Positions 61,352 to 64,000 of a DNA stretch of 64,000 nt are shown one piece after another. The notes under the pieces were generated by a model, which was not told where the DNA came from, searched no databases, and worked only from the letters and a program-made list of their open reading frames with translations. Source of the DNA: an uncultured Acidobacteriota bacterium (GTDB lineage: Bacteria; Acidobacteriota; Vicinamibacteria; Fen-336); contig OY970399.1 of NCBI GenBank assembly GCA_963720545.1, positions 2,624,001 through 2,688,000 of the forward strand. Direction: 5' to 3'. Position 1 is the stretch's first letter. Each line of letters begins with the position of its first letter. The position numbers and the translations under genes are program-made.

Positions 61352-61400
61352 GGAAGGGAAATCGACGGATTGGACGGGGACGGGAGGCCAATCCGTCGAT
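61352..61400 (-). terminator. Terminator-like hairpin after the esterase gene
   Basis: Perfect 13-bp arms ATCGACGGATTGG/CCAATCCGTCGAT, 3 nt after the stop, followed by a pyrimidine run on the minus strand. Confidence 0.55.
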
Positions 61401-61403
61401 GAG

Positions 61404-62914
61404 CTAGCGAAACAAACGCGACGCGAACTCGATGAAGTTGCGGCGCCAGACTGGCCAGGCGTGGGCGCCGGCGGTTTCGTGGTACTCGTGGCGGAGCTTG
61501 CGGTCGTCGAGCCAGGCGTGCAGGCGGCGGTTCATGCCGATGAGGTGGTCGTCGGTGCCGCAGGCGAGGTAGAGGAGGCGGCGCTCTGGCGCCGGTCGTC
61601 GGCGGCGCCGGCAGCTGCAGGTCGGCGGTGAAATCGTCGTCGAGCCCGCCGGTGCTGAAGGCGCCGACCCAGGCGAAGAGCTCGGGGTGACGAAGACCGG
61701 CGAGCAGCGATTCGAAACCGCCCATCGAGAGGCCGGCGACGGCGCGATCCGAGGCGCTGGTCGAGGTTCTATAGGCAGACTCGACCGCCGGCACTACTTC
61801 GTCGATCAGGGTCCGCAGGAAGAGCGAATAGCTGCGGCGGCGCAGCGCGAGTGTCGCGCAGCCCTGAGTCCCTCACGATGTCCATCGTGCCGTAGCCGAG
61901 CGGCATCACCACGATCATCGGCACCGCGCGTTTGCTGGCGATGAGGTTGTCGAGGATGACGTGCGCACGGCCCACCGCCGACCAGCCGCTCGCGTCGTCG
62001 CTGAACCCGTGGAGCAGGTACAGCACCGGCAAACGCCCGTTGTCCTGCGCTCCGTACCCGGGCGGCGTGTACACGAAGTACTCGCGGCTGTCGCCGGCGG
62101 CCGCCGAGCGGTACGTGTGGCGGTGCAGCGTGCCGTGGGGGACGTCCTGGACCTCCCAGTCCCGCGGCGGGGTGCCAGGCACCAGCACGGCGCTGCTCTG
62201 CGACAGCAGGTTCGGGTAGTACTCGGGGTTGCCCGGATCGGTGAGCGCCACGCCGTCAACGAGGAAGTGGTAGCCGTAGAGGTCTGGTTCGAGCGGGCCG
62301 GTCGTGACGCTCCACAGCGCACCGGCTTTCGTCATGGGTACCGCCTTGCCCTCGAGCTCGAGCTCGACTACCTGGGCGCTTGGCGCCGCCAGGCGAAACG
62401 TGACCCGGCCGTCGGGCAAGGGCTCGGGCGACGATGGTGCCGCGGCCAGTGCGGCCGTCTCGGGTCGTGACGCGGGATGCCACATGAGATGCGTGATCCG
62501 CCAGCGATTCTCCGCGCGCCTGAGACCCATGACGTAGACGTCGTCGAGACGCCGCGGCGTTCCGCCCTGCCGCGGCACGAGACGGCCGCCGTTGCGGCCG
62601 CGAATCAGCGCCGTGCTGCCGCTCACGCAGATCTCGTCGAGCCGCGGCTCGATCGCGGGTGCGAAGTCGTGGAAGAGCCCCTCGTAGCGCGGCCGGATCG
62701 CGTCGATGCCGACGACCGGCGCCTCGTTGGGCGGCAGCAGCACGGCATCGGGGGCGTAACTCGCAAGCACCGCCGCCAGATCGCGGCGGTTGTCGGCGGC
62801 GACGATGCCCTCGGCCACCGCCCGCGCTGCAGCCACCGCGGGGTCCGAGGGCGGCGCGCACGCCGAGCCCTCGGCCGCGGCAGCGAGCGCTACCGCGGCC
62901 AGGACCCCAAGCAT
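61404..62914 (-). CDS. DUF4440/NTF2 domain fused to an E-set domain and an alpha/beta esterase (frameshifted near 61830-61790 and 61590)
   Basis: Signal peptide, an NTF2-like domain, DGRVTFRL, VYTPPGY, YLLHG, GLSMGG and HAWPVWR. Confidence 0.8.
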
Positions 62915-64000
62915 CAGAAAGCGACGCCGGTCTTGATGTAGAAGCCGATGCGGCCTTCGCTCTTGGCGACCGACAGGGTCACCGAGTTGCGGCGGTTGGG
63001 GGAGGCGAACCACAGGCCGCCGCCGACGCCGTTGTGCCACTTGTTCGAGTCTTCGCCCTTCAGGTAGACGCGGCCGACGTCGTAGAGGCCGAGGATGCCG
63101 ATCTCGCCGGGAACGAAGATGAACGCGTTGCCGAGAGCCACGCGCAGCTCCGCGTTGCCGTAGACGACGCCGTCGCCGGCATAGCGCTGCGGGCGCAGGC
63201 CGCGGATCACGCCCGGATCGTCGCCGAGGCCGCCGATCGAGCTGACCGAACGGCCGCCGAGGAACGCCGACTCGAAGTAGGGGAAGTCGCCGAACACCTT
63301 CTTGCCGCCGCCGCGCAGCATGAGGATCACCTTGCCGGGGACCGACGGGCTCAGGTACGCGGCGAGCTCGCCGTGCAGCTCGCCGAACGAGTCCTCGATG
63401 TCGAGCGCCTCCGGGTAAGCGTGGCCGCCCGCCCAGAACTTGATGCCGCGGCTGGGCCACGCGGGCTTGTCGGTGGTGTCGATGCGCGCCTCGAAGCCGG
63501 CGCCGATCTGCGCGACGCTGTCAACAGTCAGTGCCGGCGGTATGAACCCGTTGGTTCCCGGGTTGCTGAAGGCCGGGTCGAACACCGGGTTGTCCTTCGG
63601 CTCGGTGTTGGTCCACTTGAAGACCGGCTCGAGCGACAGCTCGAGCTTGCCGATCGGGAAGACGACGCGCGGCGCCACCAGGAACTGATCGTTCTCGATC
63701 TTGCTGTTCTTGTCGGGCTCGATCTTGGGCGTCTCGTTGCCGAAGCCGTAGAAACGCAGGATGTCGTAGCCGGAGCCGAGTGCCGTGAGGCCGAGGCGCA
63801 CGTTCGAGTTCTCGAGGCGCTTGTCGAAGTCGTAGACGCCGCGGAACGCCTTCACCGTGCTCGAGAAGCTGAGGCTGAAGTGGTGGCGGGCCGAGAATGG
63901 GTCCTTGCGGAAGGCGTAACTCGTCGAGGTCAGCGAGGCCGTCAGGATGGCGCCGTAGTCGGTGCCGCCGGTGAGGCGCAGTTGCTTGATGGTGCGCCGG
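62914..64000 (-). CDS. Omp85/BamA-like outer-membrane barrel, C-terminal part (runs off the window)
   Basis: IRGLRPQRYAG, YGNAELR, DVGRV and GVGGGLW, with a C-terminal Phe. Confidence 0.78.
   Translation of the reverse strand, partial: RRTIKQLRLTGGTDYGAILTASLTSTSYAFRKDPFSARHHFSLSFSSTVKAFRGVYDFDKRLENSNVRLGLTALGSGYDILRFYGFGNETPKIEPDKNSKIENDQFLVAPRVVFPIGKLELSLEPVFKWTNTEPKDNPVFDPAFSNPGTNGFIPPALTVDSVAQIGAGFEARIDTTDKPAWPSRGIKFWAGGHAYPEALDIEDSFGELHGELAAYLSPSVPGKVILMLRGGGKKVFGDFPYFESAFLGGRSVSSIGGLGDDPGVIRGLRPQRYAGDGVVYGNAELRVALGNAFIFVPGEIGILGLYDVGRVYLKGEDSNKWHNGVGGGLWFASPNRRNSVTLSVAKSEGRIGFYIKTGVAF

Overview
High-GC bacterial DNA, probably Acidobacteriota. That assignment is an inference from an ADOP-type ABC permease, a carboxypeptidase-regulatory-domain TonB receptor and a TPR-sulfatase. 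About 1-30 kb and 47-64 kb are mostly core or metabolic genes: clpB, an RND pump, an RlmI-like methylase, glyA, a DinG helicase, a PTPS protein, yggS, tkt, zwf, ppx, an S9 peptidase, CocE, a TonB receptor, a sulfatase-like protein and acs. About 30.2-46.9 kb is a defence-island-like block. Its core is a tightly coupled operon: radC (JAB), UvrD helicase fused to a Cys4 PD-(D/E)XK nuclease, a sacsin-type GHKL ATPase with a DUF3883/NOV-like tail, Type III Mod and Type III Res. After it come an IS3 remnant, a large SF2 helicase-nuclease, and GIY-YIG and HNH nucleases. This five-gene 'extended Type III RM' operon is the best candidate for an undescribed system. Six in-frame nonsense codons cluster in its 3' half, suggesting it is decaying. 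Other notable signals are a DUF4440 gene bracketed by inverted repeats and palindromes (60.5-61.3 kb), a PTPS-III folate-bypass motif, and a mirror-image strand skew around the island. Many genes carry single-base frameshifts that most likely are long-read errors. I saw no rRNA, tRNA or CRISPR array. All family assignments come from motif recognition by eye, not from database searches.
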